In this document: positions 29,313-42,736 of the stretch, piece by piece | Numbering within the stretch: position 1 is the first letter of the stretch | Layout of the letters: each line of letters starts with the position of its first letter | DNA from: an uncultured Verrucomicrobiae bacterium | Lineage (GTDB): Bacteria; Verrucomicrobiota; Verrucomicrobiia; Chthoniobacterales; UBA10450 | Assembly: GCA_963801815.1 (NCBI GenBank) | Contig: CAWDGJ010000003.1 | Span: forward strand, 576,001 to 640,000 | Direction: 5' to 3' | Length of the DNA: 64,000 bases | Notes under the pieces: generated by a model | The model's database searches: none | Told to the model about the DNA's origin: nothing | Seen by the model: the letters and a program-made list of their open reading frames with translations, nothing else | Position numbers and translations under genes: made by a program

Positions 29313-30209
29313 ATGCGCCGCTGCTGGGCTTGTCTGGTCCTGTCCCTGTTCATTCTTGCAACGCAAGCTGGACAGCTACCGCTCACTGTCAGCGAGATCG
29401 GTCTGATGCTGCGCACCGGTTACTCGAGCAATGCGCTGATGAAAGAATTATCGGCGCGGCGATTCCTCGACACACTCGATGAAGCAAAAGAGAACACATT
29501 GATGAACGCCGGCGCATCCACTGAATTGATCGCGGCATTGAAGAATGGGACTTACTCGCTCTCCGCCGACAAGACTGCGGCCGTATTGCAACAGATGGCT
29601 ACGCTGGACCGCCGTCGCGCCGCCCAAGCCGAGATTTCACAAAAGTCCGACGCGCATTACCAGGCGCAGGTGGCACGTCACAGGTCTTCTAGTAAGGTGC
29701 CTTCATCCGACGCATTAGCGAACGCCGGGCCAATTTCCGATTTGTTGAAAGGCGATTTGGTTCAATACCGCAACGGAATTGTCCATGTCGACGACACTGC
29801 GCTGGCGGGGAAGAAATTAATCGCGGTGTATTTTTCGGCCCACTGGTGCGGTCCATGCCGCAAATTTACGCCGCAGCTCGTGGAATATTACAATCGGGTC
29901 GCACCACAACATCCGGAGTTTGAGATCGTGTTTTTCAGCCACGACCGTTCGCCGGCCGATTTCGAAACCTACATGCGCGAGACGAACATGCCATGGCCGG
30001 CTTTCGACTTCGCGAAACTCAAAGCTAAACAGGCACTGACCAAGGACGCTGGGCCGGGAATCCCATCGCTGGTTCTATTCGATTCCAGCGGCAACCTGAT
30101 CTCAAGCAGCTATGTCGGCTCCCAATATCGCGGACCGCAACAAGTCCTGGCCGACTTGGATGCGATCTTCTCCGGCAAACTGCCAGGGCGATTCGCTTCG
30201 ACGCAATAA
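29313..30209 (+). CDS. Exported protein with nucleoredoxin/tryparedoxin-like domain
   Basis: Signal peptide; YFSAHWCGPCRKFTPQL, MPW, GIPSL. Confidence 0.75.
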   Translation: MRRCWACLVLSLFILATQAGQLPLTVSEIGLMLRTGYSSNALMKELSARRFLDTLDEAKENTLMNAGASTELIAALKNGTYSLSADKTAAVLQQMATLDRRRAAQAEISQKSDAHYQAQVARHRSSSKVPSSDALANAGPISDLLKGDLVQYRNGIVHVDDTALAGKKLIAVYFSAHWCGPCRKFTPQLVEYYNRVAPQHPEFEIVFFSHDRSPADFETYMRETNMPWPAFDFAKLKAKQALTKDAGPGIPSLVLFDSSGNLISSSYVGSQYRGPQQVLADLDAIFSGKLPGRFASTQ

Positions 30210-30291
30210 TTGCAGCGGCGGCAGGCTGTGACCGCCGAAATGCTCTGCGCAGTTGCTCAATGTGGGCAATACTTCTCTATTTTTCAGGATA

Positions 30292-30678
30292 ATGACGAGT
30301 GAATCTTTCATGAAACGAATGGCGCGGCTCGGTGTGCGCGATGTCGATCTAGAAGAAACTTTCGCGCGTTCCGGCGGTCCCGGCGGTCAAAACGTAAACA
30401 AAGTTGCGACCGCTGTGACGTTGCGCCATCGACCGAGCGGAATCAGCGTCACTGCACAGGATTCGCGTTCGCAGGCCATGAATCGCAAATTCGCGCGGGA
30501 GCGCTTGCTGGGCGCGATTGAAGATCGGCAACGGGCAGCCCGACGTGCGCAGATCGCCGCTCGCGAGAAAGAACGTCGTCGCAAATCGCCTCGGCCGCCG
30601 GCGCTGAAGAAGAAAATTCTCGAATCGAAGCTCAAACGCGGCGCACTGAAAAAGCTGCGCGGTCGCGTCCAAGACTAA
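30292..30678 (+). CDS. Codon-independent release factor homolog (GGQ domain, basic tail)
   Basis: [21 protein letters not shown]-rich C-terminus. Confidence 0.85.
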   Translation: MTSESFMKRMARLGVRDVDLEETFARSGGPGGQNVNKVATAVTLRHRPSGISVTAQDSRSQAMNRKFARERLLGAIEDRQRAARRAQIAAREKERRRKSPRPPALKKKILESKLKRGALKKLRGRVQD

Positions 30679-30775
30679 TTTTATCAAAGCAGAGCTGAAA
30701 CGCTTTAAGACCGACAATTAATTACATCTGCCGAAGCGGCTAGGCGCGAAGTGATTATGTAAGTCTAATTTCACT

Positions 30776-30937
30776 ATGAAAAAACTCCTTATACCTTCGT
30801 TTTCGTTGCTGATTGCCGTGTTTCTAAGCTCTTGCGCCAGCGAGCCCGCAGCGACGACAACAACGACCACAACTCGAGAAACGACCGTCACGCAACCAAC
30901 AACGGCGACACAGTCCACCACGACTACGCACTACTAA
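30776..30937 (+). CDS. 53-aa Thr-rich lipoprotein (not in ORF track)
   Basis: MKKLLIPSFSLLIAVFLSS|CASEPAATTTTTTTRETTVTQPTTATQSTTTTHY; lipobox LSSC. Confidence 0.7.
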   Translation: MKKLLIPSFSLLIAVFLSSCASEPAATTTTTTTRETTVTQPTTATQSTTTTHY

Positions 30938-30956
30938 TTCCCCCTCCAGTAAGAAG

Positions 30957-30984
30957 AGAGGACACGCCAACAAACGTGTCCTCT
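30957..30984. terminator. Hairpin between the convergent lipoprotein gene and gyrA
   Basis: 10-bp perfect stem agaggacacg/cgtgtcctct. Confidence 0.5.
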
Positions 30985-33596
30985 TACGCTTTTTCGGACT
31001 TTCCGTTCGCTGTCTCGGCGGTCTTTGCTTCTTCTTCCGCCTGGCTGACTACCGGTGCGATGGCCTGAAGTTTTTCGCCGCTGCGCAAATCCATCAGTTT
31101 CACGCCCATGGTATTGCGACCGGTCTCGCGGATTTCTTTAACCCGGGTGCGCACCATTTGACCCTTGGTGGTGATCAACATCAACTCATCCGAATCGCGC
31201 ACGGTAAGAGCGCCGACGACATCGCCGGTCTTGGTGCCGGTTTTCATCGTGATGATTCCTTTGCCGCCGCGATTTTGTTTGCGGTAATCGTCGAATGATG
31301 TGCGCTTGCCGATTCCGTTTTCGCCCGCTACCAACAGCATCGAGTCAGAGTCGAGAATTGCCAGGGCGACCACCTGGTCTTTCTTGTCTGGGCGAATTCC
31401 CCAGACACCAACTGTATTCCGGCCCTGGTCGCGCAGCTGCTCTTCGTGAAAGCGCAGGCTCATTCCTTCTTTGGTGATCAGAACCAACTCGTTGTTTCCG
31501 TTCGTCAGCTTGGCGTCGATCAATCGATCGTCCTTTTCGATCTGGATCGCGATAATCCCGCCTTTCCGGACATTTCGGTAATCCGAGAGATTTGATTTCT
31601 TGACGATGCCGGACTGCGTCGCGAACACGATGTGAAGATTTTCATCCCAGGTTTGATCGACCGCGTTCCCGCCGGTGCCGGATTTCTTCGATTGAATCCG
31701 AATCGTGGCCGCGATCTTCTCGTCTGGTTTCAATTCCAAAATGTTTGCGATCGAGCGGCCTTTGGCCGCGCGGCCCATCTCGGGAATCTCGTAAACTTTT
31801 TCGACGTACGCGCGACCCGCTTCGGTGAAGAACATCAGGTAATCGTGCGTGGTCGCGGTGAAGAGATGTTCGATGAAATCGCCCTCTTCTTCCTCGGTCG
31901 CGCCTTCGCGCGTCGTCATTCCGATAACGCCTTTGCCGCCGCGACGCTGCGCGCGAAACGCGCTGACCGCCGTGCGCTTGATGAAACCGCCGTGGGTGAT
32001 GCTGATGATGCATCCTTCGTTGGCGATGAGGTCTTCCATGTTGATCTCGCCCTCATCGGCGACGAATTGAGTCAGTCGCGGCGAGCCGTGCTTCTCTTTC
32101 AGCTCGCGCAGCTCTTTTTGATGATCGTGAAAACGCGCTGCTCCTTCGCGAGAATGTCCTGCAAATCCTGAATGGTTTCAATCAGATCCTTGTATTCGTT
32201 CTGAATCTTGTCCCGTTCCAGCCCGGTCAATTGATACAGGCGCAGATCGAGGATCTGGTTGGCCTGATGTTCGCTGAAGGCGTAACGGCCTTCGGTCAAT
32301 CGCGCCTCGATTGCGAATCAGAATTCCGATCTGTTCGACCTGTCTCTTGGTGAATTCGAACGCCAGCAATTTGATTCGCGCTTCCTCGCGATTGGCCGAT
32401 CCGCGAATGATCCGGATGAATTCGTCCAGATTCGCCAGCGCGATGAGATAACCTTCCAGCGTCTCGGCGCGTCTCCTCGGCCTTCCGCAACTCGAATCGC
32501 GTTCGGCGCAGGACGACTTCGCGGCGATGTTCGATGTAAGCACTGGATTCGCTTCCTTGAGTGAAAGGAGTTTTGGCCGGCCATGATCGATCGCCAGCAT
32601 CAGCGCCGGGAACGAGCTTTCCATCGCCGTGTGCTTGTAAAGATTGTTGATGACGACCTTCGGATTGGCATCGCGCTTGAGCTCGATCACCACCCGGGTG
32701 TTTTCGTCGGACTCGTCGCGCATCGCGGTGATGTCGGCGATGATTTTTTCGTTCACCAGCTCGGCGATGCGTTCAACGAGCGTCGCGCGATTCACGTTGT
32801 ACGGAATCTCGGTGATGACGATCTGCTCTTTGCCGCCCTTGATTTCTTCGACGCCGACTTTGCCGCGCACTTTCATGCTGCCGCGGCCGGTCGTAAGATA
32901 TTGTTTGATGCCCTCGACGCCGCAGATCACGCAACCCGTCGGAAAATCCGGGCCCTTTGACGTGCTTCATCAATTCCTCGAGCGTGATGTCCGGATCGTC
33001 GATCTGCGCGCAGATGCCGTCGATGACTTCGCCGAGATTGTGCGGCGGCATGTTGGTCGCCATGCCGACGGCGATGCCGGTGCCGCCGTTGACGAGCAGA
33101 TTCGGAAATGCCGCCGGGAAAACCGTCGGCTCGGTCCGCGTTTCGTCGTAGTTCGGGACGAAATCGACCGTGTCCTTGTCCATGTCGTCCATCAGCGCCG
33201 CGCCGAGATGCGTCATCCGCGCCTCGGTGTAACGCATGGCCGCCGGCGGATCGCCTTCGACCGAGCCGAAATTGCCCTGGCCGTCCACCAGCCGCTCGCG
33301 CATCGCCCACGGCTGCGCCATGTGGACGAGCGTCGGATAAATCACCGCTTCGCCGTGCGGATGGTAGTTACCGCTGGTGTCACCGCAAATCTTGGCGCAC
33401 TTGTACGATGTTGCCGCCCGGGAAACAGCGACAGCTCGTGCATCGCGTAAAGAATGCGGCGTTGCGACGGTTTCAGTCCGTCGCGCACATCGGGCAGCGC
33501 GCGCGAAATGATGACCGACATCGAGTAATCGAGGAACGACCTCGACACTTCTTCGGCGACATTGATCGGATCAATTTTTTCGTTCGCGTTATACAT
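30984..33596 (-). CDS. gyrA: DNA gyrase subunit A (frameshifted)
   Basis: [29 protein letters not shown], GyrA-box QRRGGKG, beta-pinwheel repeats. Confidence 0.95.
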
Positions 33597-33616
33597 CGCT
33601 TCGCGTCGTTGAATCG

Positions 33617-36223
<2,607 letters not shown>

Positions 36224-36415
36224 CAAAAGAACGTAGCCAAAAGCGATCGGAAAACAACAAATAATCTCGTGGTTTTCAGGCGGTTATTTGCGCTAGCGGT
36301 TGGAGCACTGGGTGGCCAAAAGCCCACGATCTTGTGGTTGCAGCCGCAGACTTATTCACATGCTTTTTTGCTACCTTGACCAGCCTGTTTTGTGCTTCGA
36401 AAATGTCACCTTTCC

Positions 36416-37045
36416 ATGCGCTTACAAACCCTCGCCGAAGCTCGCTGGATTCTCGCGATTTTGGTGCTTCTTGCACTCGTTAGTCTGTTTTTCAGCATTT
36501 GGCTGGGCCTGTTTTTCCTAATCCTGATCAGCTACACCCTTTATTTCTTCCGTGATCCGGAACGCAGCGTTCCCGCTGACCCGAACGTTATCGTAGCCGC
36601 TGCGGACGGAACAATTACCGACATTATTGAAGTCGATGAGGCCGATGTCTTGAAAACCAAAACCCGACGCGTTGGCATCTTCTTATCGATCTTCGACGTC
36701 CATACCAATCGATCTCCGGTGGCTGGTCGCATAATTTTCCGCCAACATCGCCAGGGTTTGTGTGTCGATGCGCGCCGGCCGGAGTGTTCGGAGAAAAACG
36801 AAGCGATGACGTGGGCGTTTGAGAATCCACGTGCGACGATTGTGGTCCGTCAGCTCACCGGCGCCATTGCGCGACGCATTGTGGCCTGGGCGGACGTCGG
36901 GGATGAACTCAACAAAGGGGACCGTTTCGGAATGATTCGCTTCGGCTCGCGAACGGAAGTATACTTGCCCCTTGCCGCCACCGTGTCTGGTGAAAGTGGG
37001 CGAGCACGTTGCCGGCGGATCGACAATTATCGCGCGCCTGCCTGA
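36416..37045 (+). CDS. psd: Phosphatidylserine decarboxylase proenzyme (3' frameshift likely)
   Basis: FFRDPER, IFLSIFDVHTNRSP, IRFGSR cleavage motif. Confidence 0.85.
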   Translation: MRLQTLAEARWILAILVLLALVSLFFSIWLGLFFLILISYTLYFFRDPERSVPADPNVIVAAADGTITDIIEVDEADVLKTKTRRVGIFLSIFDVHTNRSPVAGRIIFRQHRQGLCVDARRPECSEKNEAMTWAFENPRATIVVRQLTGAIARRIVAWADVGDELNKGDRFGMIRFGSRTEVYLPLAATVSGESGRARCRRIDNYRAPA

Positions 37046-37048
37046 TTC

Positions 37049-37885
37049 ATGAACGAACAGCCGTCGAAGATCTATCTCCTGCCGAACTTAATGACGGCCG
37101 GCAATTTGTTCTGTGGATTTACGGCCACCCTGAAGATTTTGGAGGGCGCGCTATTACAGAGCAGCGATGCGGTTGCTGCCAGTGAACGCTTCCATGAAGC
37201 GATTTGGTTCATTCTTGGCGCGTTTGTGTTCGATTTTCTCGATGGCCGTCTGGCCCGGCTTGGGGGACATGACAGCGCGTTCGGACGCGAATTCGATTCG
37301 CTGGCCGATATCGTTTCGTTCGGTGTTGCGCCAGCACTTTTGGTTTATCGGATTGTGCTCCAGGAATTTCGTACCGCCTGCTGGATTATTGCGTTCGTTT
37401 ATCTTGTTTGCGGCGCGCTTCGTCTTGCGCGTTTCAACACTGTATCAGCGAGCGAGGAGAAAAATGCGTCGAATCACACCGGCAAAAATTTCACGGGTTT
37501 CCCGATTCCCGCCGCGGCCGGCCTCATTGCGTCGATCACGCTATTCATGCTCTGGCTGACCGAAGGCGAGCATCAGCTCGGCAAATGGAAATTCGTTTTG
37601 CCGCCGTTGCTGATTTTTTTGTCGTTCATGATGTTCAGCCGGTTCCAGTATCCGAGTTTCAAGGCGATTAATTGGAAAACAAAGAAATCGATCCCGCGTT
37701 TTCTGGTCATCGTCCTCGTTCTGATTTTAACGGGACTCTATTACCAATGGATGCCGGCCGTCCTGTTTCTCGCTTATCTGCTCTACGGCTTTCTCCGTCC
37801 CTGGCTTTCGCACGAATGGCGGCGCGAGATTGAAGAAGAGATCGGTGAAGAGGGTTCGGACGAACCGACCGAACAGACTTCGTAA
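37049..37885 (+). CDS. pssA: CDP-diacylglycerol--serine O-phosphatidyltransferase
   Basis: LPNLMT, DFLDGRLAR...GREFDSLADIVSFGVAP, RLARFN. Confidence 0.9.
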   Translation: MNEQPSKIYLLPNLMTAGNLFCGFTATLKILEGALLQSSDAVAASERFHEAIWFILGAFVFDFLDGRLARLGGHDSAFGREFDSLADIVSFGVAPALLVYRIVLQEFRTACWIIAFVYLVCGALRLARFNTVSASEEKNASNHTGKNFTGFPIPAAAGLIASITLFMLWLTEGEHQLGKWKFVLPPLLIFLSFMMFSRFQYPSFKAINWKTKKSIPRFLVIVLVLILTGLYYQWMPAVLFLAYLLYGFLRPWLSHEWRREIEEEIGEEGSDEPTEQTS

Positions 37886-38596
37886 CTACCGGTTCAATCG
37901 AGCGAGAGTCTCCGGATCGCGAACGTCGACCCAGTCTCCTGTGAGTTCGATCGCCTGAACTTTCTTTCCGGACTGAGCGAGCTCGCGAATCGCATCGGTC
38001 AATTCGTATTCGCCGCGCGGCGAAGGTTTTAGTTTCGCAGTGAAATCGAAGATGCTTGGCCGAAACGCGTAGAGACCGGCGTTGTACCACGGACTCGTTG
38101 CTTCGCCGGGTTTTGGTTTCTCTCGAAGATCGACCAGCTCCATTCGTTCGTTCAGGAAAACGGCGCCGCCTTTGCTCACGTCCTCTCCGCGCGTCACGCT
38201 GATGATCGCTTCCATGTCGCCCGGAAGGTCGAGAATACCCTTGTAATTCTCTCGGTCGACCAGAATGTCACCGTAGCCCAGGACAAACGGAGTGTTGGCG
38301 ACAAAATTTTTCGCCAACTCGACAACACGCCCCGTTCCGTCTTGGGTTGCCTGCATCGCGTACTGAATGCCGATCTTGTAACGCGAACCGTCCCCGAAAA
38401 AATTCTGTACTGTTTCCGCGCGGTAACCGACGATGATCAGGAATTCTGCAACGCCGGCGTCCCGCAAACCTTCGACGATGTGTTGAAGCACCGGTTTGCC
38501 GTGCACCCCGAGCATCGGCTTGGGAATATCGGCGGTCATTTCGCGCATTCGCGTTCCGCGACCCGCTGCCAGCAACACCGCCTTGTCGATTTTCAT
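37886..38596 (-). CDS. Sugar-phosphate nucleotidyltransferase
   Basis: LAAGRGTRM, PKPML, EKP, SPRGEYELTD. Confidence 0.85.
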   Translation of the reverse strand: MKIDKAVLLAAGRGTRMREMTADIPKPMLGVHGKPVLQHIVEGLRDAGVAEFLIIVGYRAETVQNFFGDGSRYKIGIQYAMQATQDGTGRVVELAKNFVANTPFVLGYGDILVDRENYKGILDLPGDMEAIISVTRGEDVSKGGAVFLNERMELVDLREKPKPGEATSPWYNAGLYAFRPSIFDFTAKLKPSPRGEYELTDAIRELAQSGKKVQAIELTGDWVDVRDPETLARLNR

Positions 38597-38657
38597 ACGA
38601 TTGTCATGTCGACCGAAGTGGAGGAATGACAAAAGCAGTTTCAATTGAAATTCGCAT

Positions 38658-39089
38658 GTGACTCAAGCACAGTTCGCGGGAATGGCGGCCCTGCAATTCT
38701 TAAGCAAGTATCGCGAAACCGGTTTGCTCTTATTTCGGTGCAGCATCGGGTTGGTTTTCATAATCCTCATTGCGCCGATTTTATGGAGCGGTTCCGAAAG
38801 CTGGGAACATTTAGGCTCAGCCATGCGCAATCTGGACGTTCACGGGCACTATGAATTCTGGGGATTTGTCGGTGCAATCCTCGGATGCGCCGGCGGAATT
38901 CTAATGATTCTTGGGCTCTTTTTTCGCGTTGGCGTTCTTTTTGCGCTCGCCGTCACTGCCGTTCATCTCCTGTCTATCATTCACAGTCGCGGCGATTTCT
39001 TTGCTCGATTGCCCGCTTTTGAAATGTCGATCCTGCTCTTAAGTCTGCTCTTCATCGGACCGGGCAAATACAGCGTAGACAAAAACTAA
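38658..39089 (+). CDS. DoxX-family membrane protein
   Basis: Four TMs; C-terminal GPGKYSVD. Confidence 0.75.
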   Translation: MTQAQFAGMAALQFLSKYRETGLLLFRCSIGLVFIILIAPILWSGSESWEHLGSAMRNLDVHGHYEFWGFVGAILGCAGGILMILGLFFRVGVLFALAVTAVHLLSIIHSRGDFFARLPAFEMSILLLSLLFIGPGKYSVDKN

Positions 39090-42000
39090 GACGCCTTACC
39101 TTCTTTCGCCGCCGCCACCTTGTCCGGGGGGACCATCAACGCCGGAAGATCGAGTTGTTTAATCATCGCGCTCACCTTCGGCAGATCGTCGGCTTTGATC
39201 TGCGTCCATTTCTTCAATTGTTCGTCGAGTTGGCCGCTCAATTTCTGGAAAACCTCCATCTGCGACGCGGTGGGCGGATTACTGTCGCCCGCATCGATGA
39301 AATGACTGAAAGCATCAAAGCGCTCATTCAGCATGCTCGGGAAAGCGAGATTCGCTTCTGACCCTTTCATGTTTACCTGAATCAATTCTTTTTCGACGTC
39401 CGACATTTTCTTGTCGAGATCGTCCGCGGCCGCGAGCGCTGCTTTTAGTTTTTCGTCGTCTCCAAATCGGTAATGCAGCGTTTTGATCTGCGCTTTGACG
39501 TCGCGGATTTCGTTGACTGCCTGGTGTAGTTGCGAAATGCGATCATTCACCTGCGTAGACAGCGCGAACTGCTTTTGCAACGCCGGCTCCGAGCCCTTGT
39601 TCCGCGGATCGATCGCTACTTTCAGGGGCGCCGTCTGCGATTTGCCGGCAACCGTCATCTTGACCTGGTAGTCACCGGGCAACGCCAGCGGCCCCTTCGG
39701 CCCGGTGCCTGAATAAAACGAGCCCGGAATTTGGACCGGATCGTTGTAGCGCAAATCCCAGGCGAACCGATTCATTCCTTCTTTCGCAGGAATCGTCTTC
39801 ACGCGTTCGACTCGATCGGGCCATTCCGGCGGTTGCTCGCCTTCCTTTTTCTCTTTGTTCGACAAATGCCTAACGACTTTGCCGGTCGAGTCGAGAATGT
39901 CCATCGTGACTTCGTCGGTCGGTGCCGTCTTCAAGTAATAATCGATCATTGCGCCGGCGGGTGGGTTGTCGCCGACCGGCTGGCGTTTGTCGAATTCCTC
40001 GGGGTAGTGCAGACGCAGGGCGGTTTCCGGTTGGTACAAAATGAAATCGGCATTCGCGGATTGCGCGCTCACCTGACGAAGTGGTGTGAGATTGTCCAGA
40101 ACCCAAAACGATCGGCCGTGCGTGGCGGCGACCAGATCGTCGTCCTTCACCACCAGATCATGAATGGGCGATTGTGGCAGGTTCAATTGTAACGGCTGCC
40201 AATGCGCACCGTTGTCGAACGAAACGTAAACGCCAAGCTCCGTGCCGGCGTAGAGAATCTCCTTCTTCTTTGGGTCCTCGCGCACCGCATGCACGTAGGC
40301 GCCGTCAGGAATCCCATTCGTAATCGATGTCCACGTCTTGCCGAGATCGGTCGTCTTGAAAATGTACGGCTTGAAATCGTCGAGTTTGTGTCGATCGACC
40401 GCGACGTAGGCAGTCTTCCCGTCGCTCGGTGAAGCTTCGATCAAATCGATTGTGCTCCATTCCGGCATTTTCGGGCTGACGTTGCTCCAGTGGGCACCGT
40501 CATCCGTGCTGACTTGGATCAGTCCGTCGTCGGTCCCGGCCCACAGCGTACCTTTTTCGACCGGTGATTCGGCCAGCGCGAAAACCGTGTCGTAGTATTC
40601 GACCGATGTGATGTCGTTTGTTAGGGGGCCGCCGCTCGGTTGCTGTTTCGTTTTGTCGTTGCGTGTCAGATCGCCGCTGATCTGCGTCCAGCTCTGGCCA
40701 TGATCGGTCGATCTAAAAACGCATTCCGCTGCGGTGTAAATGACGTCCGGATTGTGCGGCGAAAGCATCAGCGGCGAGACCCACTGAAACCGGTGAACCA
40801 GATCGACTGCGCCGTGTCCGGAGTTGTCTAGTGGCACGGGGCTAATATCCTGATCGTCTTCCTTCGTTTTGTCGTAACGAACGATGTAGCCCTCGCTGTT
40901 CGAGTAGATGATGTGCCAGTCGCGCGGATCGGGAATGACGAAACCGCATTCGCCATCGCCCGCCGGATACCAGTCCTGTGGCCCGATCACGCCGGAGTCG
41001 GTGCGGCTCGCGATGCAAATGTTCGAGTTGTCCTGTTGCGCGCCGTAGATGTGATAGGGAAACGCATTGTCGACCGCGACGTGATAAAACTGCGCCGTCG
41101 GTTGATTGTTTTGCGTCGTCCACGTTTTGCCGCCGTCGGTGGAAATGCTCGCGCCGCCGTCGTTGGCGTTGCCGATGCGTTCAGGATTCTTCGGATCGAT
41201 CCAGAGACCGTGATGATCGCCGTGACGCGCGGGAAGGAGATTGAACGTCTTCCCGCCGTCGACGGATTTGAACGCGCCGGTGTTTAACGTATAAACCGTG
41301 TCGGCCGATTTCGGGTCCGCGTAGATTTTGCTGAAATACCAGGCGCGCTGACGGAACCGGCCGTCCTCATTGATCCTTGTCCATTTTTCGCCGGCGTCGT
41401 CTGATCGATAGATTCCGCCTTCCTTCGCCTCGATGATCGCGTAAATGCGGTTCGAATCCGCGCCTGAAACTGAAACGCCGATGCGTCCAAGAATTCCTTC
41501 GGGTAGACCGTTGCCCTCCAAATGTTTCCACGTTACGCCGTTGTCTTCCGACCGATAAAGTCCGCTGCCCGCGCCGCCGCTTGAGAAAAACCACGGCTGA
41601 CGTCGCGCCTGCCAGAGCGCGGCGAACACGATGTTCGGATTGTGCGGATCGAACACAATGTCGATGCCGCCGGTGTTTTCGTCTTTGAACAAAACATTCG
41701 TCCAGGTCTTGCCGCCGTCCGCCGTGCGAAAGATTCCGCGCTCCTTGTTCGGACCGAACGCGTGACCAAGTGCAGCTACCAATGCGACATTTTCGTTCCG
41801 TGGATCGACAATCACCGCGCCGATCTGATGAGTGTCTTTGAGTCCGACATTTTTCCAGGTCTTGCCGGCGTCGATCGATTTGTAAACGCCGGTGCCGTAG
41901 GTTGTGTTGCCGCGAATCGCCGCTTCGCCGGTTCCGACATAAATCACGTTGTGGTCCGACGGCGCGACCGCAATTGCGCCGATCGACGAGATGTCTTCCT

Positions 42001-42334
42001 TGTCGAAGAGCGGGGTCCAATTCTGGCCGCCATCCGTTGTTTTCCAAACACCCCCCGCAACTCCGCCGAAATACCAGGTGCCGGGTTCGCCCGGTACGCC
42101 TTCGATCGCCAGAGCGCGGCCGCCGCGGAATGGTCCGATTTGTCGCCATTGCATTCCGCTAAAAAGTTTCTCATCGATCGTGCCAGGGGGAACCGCCTTT
42201 GGCGTCGCCCCTGGAGAATGTGCTGGGGACGGCGAAGGTCCGCCTTCCCGCGGCGGCGGACTAACTGCGAAACTGTCGGAACAGACAAAAGCGAGCGCAG
42301 CGGAGAAAAGAAGACCCAGGATGGACGTACGCAT
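39086..42334 (-). CDS. Secreted BNR/Asp-box (VPS10/sortilin-like) beta-propeller protein
   Basis: WRQIGPFRGGR; many S/T-x-D-x-G-x-T-W repeats; signal peptide. Confidence 0.85.
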   Translation of the reverse strand: MRTSILGLLFSAALAFVCSDSFAVSPPPREGGPSPSPAHSPGATPKAVPPGTIDEKLFSGMQWRQIGPFRGGRALAIEGVPGEPGTWYFGGVAGGVWKTTDGGQNWTPLFDKEDISSIGAIAVAPSDHNVIYVGTGEAAIRGNTTYGTGVYKSIDAGKTWKNVGLKDTHQIGAVIVDPRNENVALVAALGHAFGPNKERGIFRTADGGKTWTNVLFKDENTGGIDIVFDPHNPNIVFAALWQARRQPWFFSSGGAGSGLYRSEDNGVTWKHLEGNGLPEGILGRIGVSVSGADSNRIYAIIEAKEGGIYRSDDAGEKWTRINEDGRFRQRAWYFSKIYADPKSADTVYTLNTGAFKSVDGGKTFNLLPARHGDHHGLWIDPKNPERIGNANDGGASISTDGGKTWTTQNNQPTAQFYHVAVDNAFPYHIYGAQQDNSNICIASRTDSGVIGPQDWYPAGDGECGFVIPDPRDWHIIYSNSEGYIVRYDKTKEDDQDISPVPLDNSGHGAVDLVHRFQWVSPLMLSPHNPDVIYTAAECVFRSTDHGQSWTQISGDLTRNDKTKQQPSGGPLTNDITSVEYYDTVFALAESPVEKGTLWAGTDDGLIQVSTDDGAHWSNVSPKMPEWSTIDLIEASPSDGKTAYVAVDRHKLDDFKPYIFKTTDLGKTWTSITNGIPDGAYVHAVREDPKKKEILYAGTELGVYVSFDNGAHWQPLQLNLPQSPIHDLVVKDDDLVAATHGRSFWVLDNLTPLRQVSAQSANADFILYQPETALRLHYPEEFDKRQPVGDNPPAGAMIDYYLKTAPTDEVTMDILDSTGKVVRHLSNKEKKEGEQPPEWPDRVERVKTIPAKEGMNRFAWDLRYNDPVQIPGSFYSGTGPKGPLALPGDYQVKMTVAGKSQTAPLKVAIDPRNKGSEPALQKQFALSTQVNDRISQLHQAVNEIRDVKAQIKTLHYRFGDDEKLKAALAAADDLDKKMSDVEKELIQVNMKGSEANLAFPSMLNERFDAFSHFIDAGDSNPPTASQMEVFQKLSGQLDEQLKKWTQIKADDLPKVSAMIKQLDLPALMVPPDKVAAAKEGKAS

Positions 42335-42423
42335 CCGCCTAAGTTGGAAAGGGTGAGAGCTCCTTCAACTGGAATTCTTCCTCTCTGGTGGCAGGTGTCC
42401 CCGGCTGCCTGCCGCCGCAGTGA

Positions 42424-42735
42424 TTAGTGCTCGCTCGCCCGTACGGCGAGAATATAAGCGACCACGGCATCACGATCGGCCGGTTTCAGACTCGCGCGGT
42501 GCGACATCCCGTTCACGATCCGTGGCCAATCTTCGTCTGAATATTTCCACATTCCCGGCAGAGTGTGGCATTCGATACAGCGGTGAACGAAGAGTGTTCG
42601 CCCGCGCTCGAGTTCTGCAGCATCGACCCGTTGTTTCCGCAACGCTCTCGAAGCCATTGGTTGCGTCACAGGCGGCGCGTAATTAGCCGCTTCGCAGGCA
42701 ACAAAGATCAGGCAGAGCAGAAAGAGTTTTTTCAT
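42424..42735 (-). CDS. Small monoheme cytochrome c lipoprotein
   Basis: Lipobox FVAC; heme motif CIECH; candidate distal Met. Confidence 0.75.
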   Translation of the reverse strand: MKKLFLLCLIFVACEAANYAPPVTQPMASRALRKQRVDAAELERGRTLFVHRCIECHTLPGMWKYSDEDWPRIVNGMSHRASLKPADRDAVVAYILAVRASEH

Positions 42736-42736
42736 T

